From positions 64,001-128,000 of the forward strand of contig CAWJKT010000015.1 in the NCBI GenBank assembly GCA_963843375.1: a stretch of 64,000 nt of DNA, given 5' to 3'. The position numbers and the translations under genes were made by a program. Origin of the DNA: an uncultured Pseudomonadota bacterium. Its GTDB lineage: Bacteria; Oederibacteriota; Muellerivitia; Muellerivitales; Muellerivitaceae. This document shows positions 30,676-40,575 of the stretch, piece by piece. The notes beneath the pieces are model-generated. The model was not told where the DNA came from. It ran no database searches and saw nothing but the letters and a program-made list of their open reading frames with translations. Each line of letters begins with the position of its first letter. Position 1 is the stretch's first letter.

Positions 30676-31602
30676 TTGATATTGCTGCCAGCATTCTCGA
30701 ATCCCCCTCGAATTTACGATAACGTCAGCGAATTGGTTGGAAGAACTCCTCTTCTACAAATCCACAGCCATGGTGTGCCGGGGGTCGAATTGTGGGCGAA
30801 ATTGGAAGCCTATAACCCAGGCCGCTCGGTAAAGGATAGGCCCGCCCTTCGAATGATCCTGGAGGGTATCCGTATTGGGAAGCTCACTAAAGATAAGACC
30901 ATTCTGGACGCTACATCGGGGAATACGGGAATTGCCTATGGTTGGATTGGTGCGGCTATGGGTTATAAAGTGGCTTTGGCCATACCTGCGAACGTTAGTG
31001 ACGAGCGAAAACGAATTCTCAAATCATTCAATGTGGAAGTCCACTATTCGAGCGCCATGGAGGGTTCGGATGGCGCTATCCGCTTGGCCCGCGAAATCTA
31101 TAAGGAAAATCCTGAGAAATACTTTGTGCCCGACCAATATAACAATCCCGAGAATCCCAAAGCCCATATGCTTTCCACGGCGGAAGAAATATTTGAACAT
31201 TTAGGGGAAAAGATGACCCACTTTGCCGCCACGATTGGAACCAGCGGGACCCTGATGGGAACGGGCAAAAGAATCAAAGAGTTGAAGCCTTCGGTAAAGA
31301 TAATCGCATTGGAGCCGTCCCAACCTTTTCACGGATTGGAAGGCTTGAAACACATGGCTTCTTCGATAGTTCCGGGAATCTATGATCCCGGGGCTTATGA
31401 CGAGAATCTTCCTATCGATACGGATGAAGCCTATGAATGGGTCAAAAAATTGGCCCAGCACGAAGGCGTTCTGGTGGGGCTATCCAGCGGGGGCGCCATG
31501 GCGGGATGCGTTCAATTAGCCAAGCGAATTCAAAAAGGCTGCATTGTGACTATTTTCGCTGATTCGGGCGATAAGTATCTTTCGACAAGGGTATGGGAGT
31601 AA
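30676..31602 (+). CDS. cysM: PLP-dependent cysteine synthase family protein (CysM-like)
   Basis: GRTPL, AKLEAYNPGRSVKDR, ATSGNTGI, DQYNNPEN, GTSGT and DSGDKYLST. Confidence 0.85.
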   Translation: MILLPAFSNPPRIYDNVSELVGRTPLLQIHSHGVPGVELWAKLEAYNPGRSVKDRPALRMILEGIRIGKLTKDKTILDATSGNTGIAYGWIGAAMGYKVALAIPANVSDERKRILKSFNVEVHYSSAMEGSDGAIRLAREIYKENPEKYFVPDQYNNPENPKAHMLSTAEEIFEHLGEKMTHFAATIGTSGTLMGTGKRIKELKPSVKIIALEPSQPFHGLEGLKHMASSIVPGIYDPGAYDENLPIDTDEAYEWVKKLAQHEGVLVGLSSGGAMAGCVQLAKRIQKGCIVTIFADSGDKYLSTRVWE

Positions 31603-31605
31603 ATC

Positions 31606-32013
31606 ATGATTTCGTTTGACGAAGGAGCTAAAACCCAGATGATCGCCATTGGGGAGCGGGGCTATCCTCATGAAATCTGTGGTTTGATGTTTGGGAAAGC
31701 GGGCGATACCCGGGTAGTGATAGAAGTGTTTGAATGTGGAAATCTTAACAAACTCAAACCCGAAACCCGTTATGACATGGATCCAAAAGATTATATGAAG
31801 GGGGAAGCTCTGGCCCGTCAGAAGGGATTAGACGTGGTAGGAATCTTTCATTCTCATCCCGATCATCCCGACAAAGCTTCGGAAACGGACCGTCAGGCTG
31901 CCTGGCTTGGCTTTTCATATGTCATCATGTCTATCCAAAATGGAAAGTACGCTTCCATGAAATCCTGGGTTCTGAACGAGGACTCAAAATTCGACGAAGA
32001 ATCAATCCGTTAA
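31606..32013 (+). CDS. JAMM/MPN+ (M67, Mec-like) metallopeptidase
   Basis: YPHEICG and JAMM motif FHSHPDHPDKASETD. Confidence 0.9.
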   Translation: MISFDEGAKTQMIAIGERGYPHEICGLMFGKAGDTRVVIEVFECGNLNKLKPETRYDMDPKDYMKGEALARQKGLDVVGIFHSHPDHPDKASETDRQAAWLGFSYVIMSIQNGKYASMKSWVLNEDSKFDEESIR

Positions 32014-32019
32014 GCCGTT

Positions 32020-32847
32020 ATGATTTGGCTCGGAATGGCAGTCGTGGCGGGATTTTTCAATGCCTTTTGGACCGCCTTATCCAAAAAGATATTAAATCAC
32101 CTTTCCTCCCGCGAATTCACCATGCTTTTTCGAACTCAGGTTTGTTTGATGTTGCTGCCATTCGCACTTTTCCAATGGTCTTGGATAACTTCTTGGCACT
32201 GGTGGGCATTAACGACTGCTTCAGGTGTTTTTGAGGGTTGTCGGATCTGGCTGCTTACGACCGGGGTCAAAAAGGATTACTACTCAACGTATGCTTTTTA
32301 TAATTTAACCCCTTTTTTTACAGTATTGAGCGCGCCCTGGTTGTTATCCGAAGCACAACCTCCGGCCCTCGTTGCAGGTGGAATCCTTATTGCAATTGGC
32401 GCCTTTGTGTTTCATAAAATGGGCCGGTGGTCCTGGCCGGGATTGATTGGAGCTGTTTTTTCAACCATAGCGGCAGTCTTAAGCAAAAAGGCGCTAATGG
32501 ATTCACCACCATTGTTTTTTACCTTTTGGTCCTTTTTGGTTGCGGCTTTGATTCTCATTCCATTGGAATATTTGGAACCGAAACATATGAAAGGTTCCCG
32601 AGGATTGATCAGGAAGGACTGGATGGAAGTCCTGCCGGTGGCTTTTTTATCCTTCTTAGCCTCCCTTCTGTTTTATGTCGCCTTAAAATACGCGCCGGTC
32701 TCAAAGATTAATCCGTTAGTTCGAGCTAATCTGTTATTCGGTTTTTTCTTTAGTTACTACTTATTAAAAGAAAAATCGGGTTGGAGATCCAAAGCCTTGG
32801 GTGGGGGTCTTATCATCGGTGGACTTATTCTTGTGGCGTTTTCCTGA
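32020..32847 (+). CDS. EamA/DMT-family transporter
   Basis: About 10 TMs, APVSKINPL and LLKEK..ALGG.LI C-terminal DMT pattern. Confidence 0.8.
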   Translation: MIWLGMAVVAGFFNAFWTALSKKILNHLSSREFTMLFRTQVCLMLLPFALFQWSWITSWHWWALTTASGVFEGCRIWLLTTGVKKDYYSTYAFYNLTPFFTVLSAPWLLSEAQPPALVAGGILIAIGAFVFHKMGRWSWPGLIGAVFSTIAAVLSKKALMDSPPLFFTFWSFLVAALILIPLEYLEPKHMKGSRGLIRKDWMEVLPVAFLSFLASLLFYVALKYAPVSKINPLVRANLLFGFFFSYYLLKEKSGWRSKALGGGLIIGGLILVAFS

Positions 32848-33665
32848 TGTGGGTCATTTATGCCTTAGGCTCAGGAATTTTTAACGCCTTATGGACTTCC
32901 CAAATCAAGAGCAAGGTCCAACAAGAAGGCGCCCTGCCTTTCACGGCATCCATTCGATGGGGTGTGGTAGTGATCCTTGCGCCCATTGCCATTTTGAACT
33001 GGATCCCGGTTTCAATAAAATGGTGGGCTTGCACAGTATTCAGCGGAATCTTCGAATCTCTCGGCATTTGGACTCTGGCCCGCGGAGCCAAAATAAATTA
33101 TTACTCCAGTTATGCCTTGAGCAATTTAACTCCGATTTTTGTTTTTTTCCTAGGATACCGTTTCCTGAATGAAAAAGTGGATGTAGCATTGGGCGTGGGA
33201 GCGGCCCTCGTTGGGTTTGGGGCCCTTTGGCTTTATTACCGAGGGCATTGGTCCTGGTGGGGCTTTTTAGCCTCCGTGATTGGAGCTTTTAGCAGTCTTT
33301 CCAGTAAGTTGGTCATTGACCAGGCGGATCCAATCCAACACGCCTGCTTGTCTTTTTTAGTTGGTGCGATTTTCTGCACCGGGTTTTCTGTTGGTAGCCA
33401 TCCGATAAATTCGATTAGGCGGATAACGGCCAATATTTGGGCCTACCGATATCTAAACATTGGATCCGCTTTAGCAACTTACTGTTTTTACTTGGCCCTT
33501 TTCTTGGCCCCTTTAAGTCGGATGAGTCCCTTGGTTCGGATCAATATGGTGGCGGCTTTTTTATTGAGCGTATTTCACTTAAAAGAACGACACGACTGGA
33601 AAGGCAGGGGGTTGGGTGCCCTTCTCATTCTTTTTGGCATTCTTTTGGTAATATGGAAACGGTAG
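32847..33665 (+). CDS. EamA/DMT-family transporter (paralog of the upstream gene)
   Basis: TGATG overlap. Shares YYS.YA..NLTP, WSW.G and AP.S...PLVR.N with the upstream gene. Confidence 0.8.
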   Translation: MWVIYALGSGIFNALWTSQIKSKVQQEGALPFTASIRWGVVVILAPIAILNWIPVSIKWWACTVFSGIFESLGIWTLARGAKINYYSSYALSNLTPIFVFFLGYRFLNEKVDVALGVGAALVGFGALWLYYRGHWSWWGFLASVIGAFSSLSSKLVIDQADPIQHACLSFLVGAIFCTGFSVGSHPINSIRRITANIWAYRYLNIGSALATYCFYLALFLAPLSRMSPLVRINMVAAFLLSVFHLKERHDWKGRGLGALLILFGILLVIWKR

Positions 33666-33675
33666 GGAGGTTCAA

Positions 33676-34089
33676 ATGAAGTTTTTGACTGAATACATGT
33701 GGTTCAACACAAAGAAGCATCGGGAATATGTCAATATTACCGAGGACGTAGAAAAGGTGGTTAAAAAAAGCGGAATCAAAGAAGGCATGGTTTTGGTTTC
33801 GGCTATGCATATTACCGCCGGAGTTTATGTTAACGATGCCGAGGACGGTCTGATTTCCGATATCGATGAGTGGTTGGAGAAGTTGGCCCCCTATAAAGAA
33901 AATTACCGCCATCATTTGACAGGTGAAACTAATGGGGATTCTCATTTAAAAAGCCTTCTAGTTCATCATGAGGTACTTGTACCTGTTACGGAAGGAAAGA
34001 TGGATTTCGGTCCTTGGCAACAGATTTATTACGCTGAGTTCGACGGCCAGCGCAAAAAGCGACTGATCATTAAGGTTATGGGGGAATAA
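33676..34089 (+). CDS. yjbQ: YjbQ/UPF0047-family protein
   Basis: [33 protein letters not shown]. Confidence 0.9.
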   Translation: MKFLTEYMWFNTKKHREYVNITEDVEKVVKKSGIKEGMVLVSAMHITAGVYVNDAEDGLISDIDEWLEKLAPYKENYRHHLTGETNGDSHLKSLLVHHEVLVPVTEGKMDFGPWQQIYYAEFDGQRKKRLIIKVMGE

Positions 34090-34385
34090 TGGAAAGCTCG
34101 AAACCAAAATTTGAAAAATATGTTTTTGTTTGTGTCAATGAACGGCCCGAAGGCGAAAGGGTTTCCTGTGGCGGAACCTTTTGTGGCAAAGAAATTTGTG
34201 AAAAACTAAAAGAAGCGGTCAAGCACGCGGGACAATCCGAAAGAATCCGCGTGTCCAAAAGCAAATGCCTTGATGTCTGTGAAGAAGGCGCCAATGTGCT
34301 GGTCTACCCAGATAACTTGTGGTTTAAGAAGGTGGAAATATCGGATATTCCGGCAATCCTTGAAAAGTTTGGGATTAAGCCGTAG
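34089..34385 (+). CDS. Thioredoxin-like [2Fe-2S] ferredoxin
   Basis: VFVCVNER..SC..SKCLDVCEEG..LVYPD..W pattern with four Cys ligands. Confidence 0.88.
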   Translation: MESSKPKFEKYVFVCVNERPEGERVSCGGTFCGKEICEKLKEAVKHAGQSERIRVSKSKCLDVCEEGANVLVYPDNLWFKKVEISDIPAILEKFGIKP

Positions 34386-34413
34386 CATGCGGTCAGCTGG
34401 TGAATTTAAACGT

Positions 34414-34755
34414 GGGGGTGACCGGTTTCGACTGGGAAGCTGAACTTTTGGGAGCGTGTCGAGGCGCCATCGCTCGTCAAACATGGCAACGGTTTAACTG
34501 CCGACAATCAGTTAGCTCTGGCCGCTTAAGCGGTTAGCGTTTCGCCTTTGATGCCTATTAGGGGGAGGAAACGTAAGCAGTAGGCTGGTCCGCAACAGGG
34601 TTGTTCCACCGATGGGCGGATGAGAAACAAAGGGACTGGCTTTCCGCCGGCTGCTCGGGAGCGAGCGGGAGGCGAGACTCATTCTTGAGCTACGCACGTA
34701 GGGCCCATTACGGATGTTTTTCAGGACGTGGGTTCGATTCCCACCACCTCCACCA
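34414..34755 (+). ncRNA. ssrA: tmRNA; tag reading frame 34500-34529 encodes ADNQLALAA*
   Basis: 5' GGGGGTG pairs with 3' CACCTCC-ACCA, giving the G3.U alanine identity pair. 5' GGTTTCGAC, T-arm GTGGGTTCGATTCCCAC and a tag ending LAA are present. Confidence 0.96.
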
Positions 34756-35067
34756 TTTTTTTAAACACCCTGTTCTAAAACTCAAATCTGGAATAAATTT
34801 TAGTCGATTTTGGGATTTCTAAAAATAATAAACCACCTTTTTAAGACTTTTTCATTAATAAATCATCGGGCAGTTACACGGGTAAAGTGAGTTCGCTTTA
34901 ATGGGCTTTAACGTTTTAAACTTCTAAAGTTTTGAAACCATTTGTCGTTAGAAACCAGGACTCTTCCAACGAACTATCGGCATTCGGGAAATTAACTTTG
35001 CAAAGGTTTAGCCTTTTGTTAAACTGAAAAGTGATTTTCACTTTTTTTAAAAAAGAGGCCCTCTGTT

Positions 35068-36105
35068 ATGAATTATCTTTTATCCTTGGCGACCGGTTTA
35101 TTTCTAATGGTGAGTTTTCAAACTGCTCAGGCAGCTGGTCCTACCTATGTAAAGGATGCAACGATTGCGGCTTCCGCGGAATGGACGAAAGATAACAGCC
35201 CATATGTACTTCAGAGCGACCTAGTTGTTTCTCGAGGAGCCATTCTTACTATTGATCCAGGAGTTGAAGTTCAGTTCGCGGTTTCCGATACAACAAAACA
35301 AGGTGCGGGACCGAACTTAGTGATCCAGGGTGGATTAAAAGCCGTGGGTAATTCGACTACACCGATATTATTCAACCCTTCGGTTCAAGGTTCCTTATGG
35401 GGTGCTATCTACTTTTATAATTCTGATTCCGCCAATTCAATTTTACAATGTTGCATGATCAAAGGTGGGAGAGTTGTTTGTAATGGATCATCGCCTACTA
35501 TTACACAGAGCGCTATTTATGGAGCGCGGAGTGGCGTTGAAGTGGGTGCCAATTCGCAACCGCAAATCATTGGAAACAGAATCACTGCGGATGGTTATGG
35601 TATAAATCTTTTAGCGGATACTGCGAGTCCAATCATTACGGGCAATGAAATTTACAACAATAATTACGGGTTTTATTTAAAAGATTTTGGAACGCCCAAT
35701 ATTTCTGGAAATAAGATTTACAATAACATCAAGTTTAACATTGTGAATTCTTCCCCAAAATCTTTGGATGCGCCTAATAATGATTTTCGAAGCCTGGACG
35801 CACAGGAAATCGTTCGCACCGTATATGATGGTGCATATAACCCTAGTTTGGGACGTATTAACTTTATGCCATTTGTGGGAATGCCTGTAGGGCAGAATCA
35901 ACAAGTCGTTGCTAGCGCTCAACCGGCCGCTTCCAATCAGGAAAAACCAAAAATTCAAGAAGAGGATTTTTGGAGTTATGGCCGACCTTTTGACGCAATG
36001 AAAATCAGCAATGTGGATGCTCAAAAGAAAAAACCTTCAAACACGGTTAAGGTTTTGGCGGTTGGCGCTACGGCAGTTGTGACCGTAGTTCTTTTATTCC
36101 TTTAG
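35068..36105 (+). CDS. Secreted right-handed beta-helix (pectin-lyase-like/NosD-like) protein with a C-terminal hydrophobic tail
   Basis: Signal peptide (AQA), WTKDNSPYVL, repeated P.I.GN.IYNN..G turns and terminal VLAVGATAVVTVVLLFL. Confidence 0.75.
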   Translation: MNYLLSLATGLFLMVSFQTAQAAGPTYVKDATIAASAEWTKDNSPYVLQSDLVVSRGAILTIDPGVEVQFAVSDTTKQGAGPNLVIQGGLKAVGNSTTPILFNPSVQGSLWGAIYFYNSDSANSILQCCMIKGGRVVCNGSSPTITQSAIYGARSGVEVGANSQPQIIGNRITADGYGINLLADTASPIITGNEIYNNNYGFYLKDFGTPNISGNKIYNNIKFNIVNSSPKSLDAPNNDFRSLDAQEIVRTVYDGAYNPSLGRINFMPFVGMPVGQNQQVVASAQPAASNQEKPKIQEEDFWSYGRPFDAMKISNVDAQKKKPSNTVKVLAVGATAVVTVVLLFL

Positions 36106-36319
36106 TTTCAAAAATTAAATCCTAGGTTTATTTAAATAAATACAATGGTACTGGTTTCTTTTGTGCAACATTTTTAGCAGTTTTTTTGAAGTCTTTTTCA
36201 GATTTGAGAGACAAAGAATAAATCTGATTGTCCAATAAGTCACAATCCAAAAAATAAGTGTTTCAGATGGTTCATCTAAGAGATACTTCCAAGACCAAGC
36301 TTTCTGAGGCCGGGATTTT

Positions 36320-36700
36320 ATGACATCATTTCTCCCTTCGGATAAGCGTTTTTCTAAACGGATCTCGGTAAGGATTTTCTTGCGCTTTCGCCTTTTGGAA
36401 TCACCTTCTGGGGAAAAGCCTGAGTTGGAACTCCACAATGGAAACAATATTATGTCGAATATCAGCAGGACGGGCTTCTTTCTTTCAACAAAAAATTATT
36501 TAGAAGTTAATTCCCTGATTGAAGTTGAGTTTCCCTTGGAAAACTTTCATGCGGTTATTCGATCTGAAGCGAAAGTTGTAAGAGCCAATCACGCTAATTT
36601 TCCAAACCAGGGCAGGTATGAATATGGCCTTCATTTCGAGGCTATGCATCCTCACTTCAGGGAACTTTTGGAAAAACTATCAAAATTAACCGAAGGTTGA
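36320..36700 (+). CDS. Stand-alone PilZ-domain protein
   Basis: RxxxR (KRFSKR) and NxSxxG (NISRTG) motifs, plus AKVVR and YGLHF. Confidence 0.88.
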   Translation: MTSFLPSDKRFSKRISVRIFLRFRLLESPSGEKPELELHNGNNIMSNISRTGFFLSTKNYLEVNSLIEVEFPLENFHAVIRSEAKVVRANHANFPNQGRYEYGLHFEAMHPHFRELLEKLSKLTEG

Positions 36701-36830
36701 TTTGCAAAAAGCCTGATTTATCGCAATTTCCAAAACCTTCCATTGTTCTCTACCGCTGGTTCGTGTAAGATTTCGCTTCAATTTCATCCGGCCTGTACGT
36801 CCCAGTGCTGGAAAATAACAAGGAGCTAAC

Positions 36831-37382
36831 ATGCGTTTTATAACTCTGTTGTGCTGTTTTTTAATTGCCACTGTAGTTTCGGCGAAAGATTTTAAAATTG
36901 CGATCGTTGACATGCAGAAACTTTTCAATAGTTATCCGGGAACTGAAAAAGCGAAGAAAAAATTGGGTGACCTTGAAGAAAAGAAAAAAGAAGACTTGGC
37001 CGATTCAAAACAGGAATTGATTGATCTGCAAAAAGAGCTAAGCGAAGGGGGCTCGATTCTTTCCGAGAAACAACGGTTAAAAAAGGAAAAGGAATATAAC
37101 GATAAATTGGGCGCTTACAATCAAGCCACCGAACAAGTCCAGAAAGAACTGATGGCTGATGAAACCGAAATGACCCAAGACATCGTGGACCAGATCAAGA
37201 GAATTGTTGCTTCTGTGGCAAAAGATAAGGGAATGGATATGGTCTTGGATTCGGACAAGACTGTTTATGTCGACAATCCGACCGACTTGACGAGTGATAT
37301 TCTTGACCAATACAAAAAGATAACTGACACGGATTCCAAGAGTGACACGGATTCCAAAAGTGATTCGGATTCCAAAAAGTAA
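36831..37382 (+). CDS. skp: Periplasmic chaperone OmpH/Skp
   Basis: Signal peptide, KIAIVDMQKLF, coiled coil, VAKDKGMDMVLD and DLTSDIL. Lies upstream of lpxD. Confidence 0.9.
   Translation: MRFITLLCCFLIATVVSAKDFKIAIVDMQKLFNSYPGTEKAKKKLGDLEEKKKEDLADSKQELIDLQKELSEGGSILSEKQRLKKEKEYNDKLGAYNQATEQVQKELMADETEMTQDIVDQIKRIVASVAKDKGMDMVLDSDKTVYVDNPTDLTSDILDQYKKITDTDSKSDTDSKSDSDSKK
37325..37378 (+). repeat. Three imperfect 18-bp tandem repeats at the end of skp (DTDSKS-like)
   Basis: TGACACGGATTCCAAGAG / TGACACGGATTCCAAAAG / TGATTCGGATTCCAAAAA. Confidence 0.85.
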
Positions 37383-37400
37383 CGAAATGACCGATAAACG

Positions 37401-38453
37401 GTGAGAATGGGCGTTTCTTATTCGCTGGAAAAGTTGGCGCAGGAGATTGGGGCCACCCTGCAAGGGGATGGATCTGTGCGAATTTTTGGTATTGCACCTT
37501 TGGATAAGGCGAAGGAAGGGGACATTACCTTCGTCACGAATGCCCGATATAAAAAAACGGCGATGGAAACCAAAGCTTCAGCTATTTTATGTGAAGCCCC
37601 CATTCCTGGAAACTCCAGGGCATTTCTGTTAATTGCAAATCCCTATGTCGCCCTCGCTAAAGTTATCTCATTGTTTCATCCGAGAGTTTCGTTCTTGCCT
37701 GGGATTAGGACTGGAGCTTACGTGCATCCCGAGGCTTCCGTGGATTCTCAGGCTAGTGTTGCGGCCGGGGCTACCATTTCCGCCGGAGCGAAGGTTGGCT
37801 CCCGATCGGTTCTTTATCCCGGTGTCTTTATTGGCGAAAATACTGTTGTGGGAGAGGATTGTCTTCTTTATCCCAATGTCACGGTGAGGGAAAATTGTGT
37901 ATTAGGAAACCGAGTTGTTCTTCAACCGGGAGTGGTTGTCGGCTCTGATGGGTTTGGTTTTGCCAAAAATAATGATGAAAGCTACCAAAAAATTCCCCAG
38001 GTTGGAAATGTGGTTATTGAAGACGATGTCGAATTGGGAGCAAATACCTGCGTCGATCGAGCTGTTCTGGGGACTACCCTGATTGGAAAAGGAAGCAAAC
38101 TGGACAACTTAATTCAAGTTGGCCACAACGTTGTAATCGGGAACCATACGGTCATGGCGGCCTTGAGCGGTATTTCGGGTTCCACTCAGATCGGGAATAA
38201 CGTCACGATGGGGGGGCAAGTAGGCATCGCCGGGCACCTTAAGATTGCAGACCACGTGACTTTAGCCACCCGTACGGGGGTTATGGAAGACATTGTTGAA
38301 AAAGGCGTCTATTGGGGTTCACCGTCCACGGAGATGAACTCAGAGATGAAGAATGTTGCTGCTTATCGACAATTGCCCGGGATAGTGAAGCGGATCCGTC
38401 GTTTGGAAAGGGTTCTTGAAAAGCTCAGTGGTGTGAAAATTGATGAAGAGTGA
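37401..38453 (+). CDS. lpxD: UDP-3-O-acylglucosamine N-acyltransferase
   Basis: Hexapeptide repeats, GSDGFGFA, KIPQVG, CVDRA, KLDNLIQVGHNV and GGQVGIAGH. Confidence 0.95.
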   Translation: MRMGVSYSLEKLAQEIGATLQGDGSVRIFGIAPLDKAKEGDITFVTNARYKKTAMETKASAILCEAPIPGNSRAFLLIANPYVALAKVISLFHPRVSFLPGIRTGAYVHPEASVDSQASVAAGATISAGAKVGSRSVLYPGVFIGENTVVGEDCLLYPNVTVRENCVLGNRVVLQPGVVVGSDGFGFAKNNDESYQKIPQVGNVVIEDDVELGANTCVDRAVLGTTLIGKGSKLDNLIQVGHNVVIGNHTVMAALSGISGSTQIGNNVTMGGQVGIAGHLKIADHVTLATRTGVMEDIVEKGVYWGSPSTEMNSEMKNVAAYRQLPGIVKRIRRLERVLEKLSGVKIDEE

Positions 38454-39334
38454 TTTCGGGACAAGATTCCAAAAAACGATTGATCACCCCTTCTCTTTCG
38501 AAGGAGTGGGGTTGCACACAGGCGATACCTGTCGTGTTAAGGTATCCCCATTGCCAGAAGGATCAGGTATTTGTTTTTATAGATCCGACTTAAATGCCAA
38601 TATTCCTGTAACGCCCGAGGCTGTTTCCAGCACAGCCCGGGGAACAACCCTCGTGGGGGAAAAAAAAGCAACTGTTCAAACGATCGAGCATTTTTTGGCG
38701 ACCATTCACGGGTTTGGAATCAACAACCTCAAGATTGATATGGATTCAGAAGAAATGCCCATTCTGGATGGGAGCGCCGCCTCTTTTTGCGATTTTTTTA
38801 AAAAAGCAGGTGTAGTCGAACAAAAAAAACAAATATCACCCTTGAAGGTTACCGAAACCATTGAACTGAGCTATGGTGATGTTTATTTAAAAGCGGAGCC
38901 GGCAGACGGACTTGAACTGGATGTGACGATTTCTTTTCCATATCCGGGTCTTGAAAAACAAAAAAAAGTTTTTCATCTTCCGGAGCAAAATTTTGAAAGT
39001 GAATTATCATCTGCTCGTACCTTTTGTTTTGAGGAAGAGATCGAAGAACTTCGTCGGCAAGGTTTGATAAAAGGCGGGGATTTAAGTTGTGCCTTAGTGA
39101 TTGGGAATAAAGGCGTTTTAAATGGTCCCTATCGTTTTGAAGATGAAATTGTGCGGCATAAAACTCTTGATTTGCTGGGCGACTTAATGCTTTTGAATCG
39201 CCCTTTGTTGGCTAAGGTTACGGTTCGGAAAGGCCGGCCACCGTTACCATGTTGAATTAGCCAAAGCCCTCCTGGAAAAATTCGGGAATGGGACCAAAAG
39301 CATAAAAACCATATCAAAATCAAAAGAGGAGACA
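38443..39334 (+). CDS. lpxC: UDP-3-O-acyl-GlcNAc deacetylase (apparent frameshift at ~39230; corrected frame runs into fabZ)
   Basis: [25 protein letters not shown] and [11 protein letters not shown]. After a one-base correction it reads [12 protein letters not shown]. Confidence 0.92.
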
Positions 39335-39787
39335 ATGTTAGATATTCTTGAAATACAAAAAATCTTGCCACACCGATATCCTTTTTTATTGGTCGACCGG
39401 ATTTTGGAACTGGAACCGAATAAAAGGGTGGTGGGAATTAAAAACGTTACGGCCAATGAACCTTTTTTTCAGGGACATTTTCCAGGTCACCCCATCATGC
39501 CAGGGGTTTTAATTATTGAGGCTATGGCCCAAGTCGGCGGAATTGCACTTTTGAATAGTGGGGGCGAAAATCTTGGAAAAATTCTGTATCTGGCGGGAAT
39601 TGATAATGCCCGATTTCGAAAACCCATTACGCCTGGGGATCAGATCCGCTTTGAGATCGATGTTTTGTTTAATCGAGGAAAAATCGCGAAGGTTTCAGGT
39701 AAAGCATTAGTGGATAGCCAATTAGCGGTGGAAGCCGAAATTACCTGCGCGATTGTTGAGAAGAACGCCCCCAAAAAGGAAAACTAA
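39335..39787 (+). CDS. fabZ: 3-hydroxyacyl-ACP dehydratase (possibly the C-terminal domain of an LpxC-FabZ fusion)
   Basis: [27 protein letters not shown] and [12 protein letters not shown]. Confidence 0.95.
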   Translation: MLDILEIQKILPHRYPFLLVDRILELEPNKRVVGIKNVTANEPFFQGHFPGHPIMPGVLIIEAMAQVGGIALLNSGGENLGKILYLAGIDNARFRKPITPGDQIRFEIDVLFNRGKIAKVSGKALVDSQLAVEAEITCAIVEKNAPKKEN

Positions 39788-40573
39788 GTGCCTGTGTCAT
39801 CGGTAAAAATTCATCCGACGGCCATTGTTGATGCGAAAGCTCATCTTGAGGATGGCGTCATAGTGGGGCCCTATTCGATTATTGATGAATATGTTTCGAT
39901 AGGTGAAGGAACATCCATTGGACCCCATTGTGTCATTACGGGTCACACGGCCATTGGCAAAAGAAACAGGATTTTCTCGGGAGCGATCATCGGTAGCGAA
40001 CCACAGGATGTGAAATACCACGGAGAAGAAACTTACCTTGAAATAGGTGATGATAATGTTATTCGAGAACATGCCACAATTAATCCAGGGACTGGAGAGG
40101 GGTCGAAAACTGTAATCGGGAACGATAATTGGATAATGATCCAAGCTCACGTTGGCCATAATTGTTTTATTCAAAATCATGTAAAGCTGGCGAATGGGGT
40201 AATGCTGGGAGGGCACGCGGTTATTGAGGACTATGCCACCGTGGGTGGAGGAACACCGGTGCATCAATTTGTTCGAATTGGGCGTTTTGCAATGATTGGT
40301 GGCGGGTTTCGGGTGGTTCAAGATGTTGTTCCATTTATGATGGCCGGGGATGAGCCTTTACGTATTTATGGACTAAATCAGGTAGGGTTGGAACGAAACA
40401 ATGTTTCAAAAGAATCGATTGAATGGTTAAAGAAGGCCCACAAAATTATTTTTCGCCAAAAATTAACGACAAAAGAAGCGGTTCAAGTTCTTTCAACGGA
40501 ATTTCCTCCCAGTGAAGAAGTGAAGCATCTTATTGAATTTCTCTCTACCTCTGACCGCGGGATCGTTAGGTAA
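39788..40573 (+). CDS. lpxA: UDP-GlcNAc O-acyltransferase
   Basis: IHPTAIV, PQDVKY, IRE..TI..GT, HVGHNC, LGGH, VHQFVRIG and GLN.VGLER. Confidence 0.95.
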   Translation: MPVSSVKIHPTAIVDAKAHLEDGVIVGPYSIIDEYVSIGEGTSIGPHCVITGHTAIGKRNRIFSGAIIGSEPQDVKYHGEETYLEIGDDNVIREHATINPGTGEGSKTVIGNDNWIMIQAHVGHNCFIQNHVKLANGVMLGGHAVIEDYATVGGGTPVHQFVRIGRFAMIGGGFRVVQDVVPFMMAGDEPLRIYGLNQVGLERNNVSKESIEWLKKAHKIIFRQKLTTKEAVQVLSTEFPPSEEVKHLIEFLSTSDRGIVR

Positions 40574-40575
40574 AT

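Noticed and set aside
34206..34822. Short ORFs overlapping the tmRNA region
   Set aside because: The region is explained by the ferredoxin gene and tmRNA.
34756..36830. Genomic island integrated at the tmRNA 3' end
   Set aside because: No integrase, att duplication or phage/plasmid genes were seen.
37325..37378. CRISPR-like or contingency repeat
   Set aside because: It has no spacers and no cas genes; it is an in-frame 18-bp coding repeat in the Skp tail.
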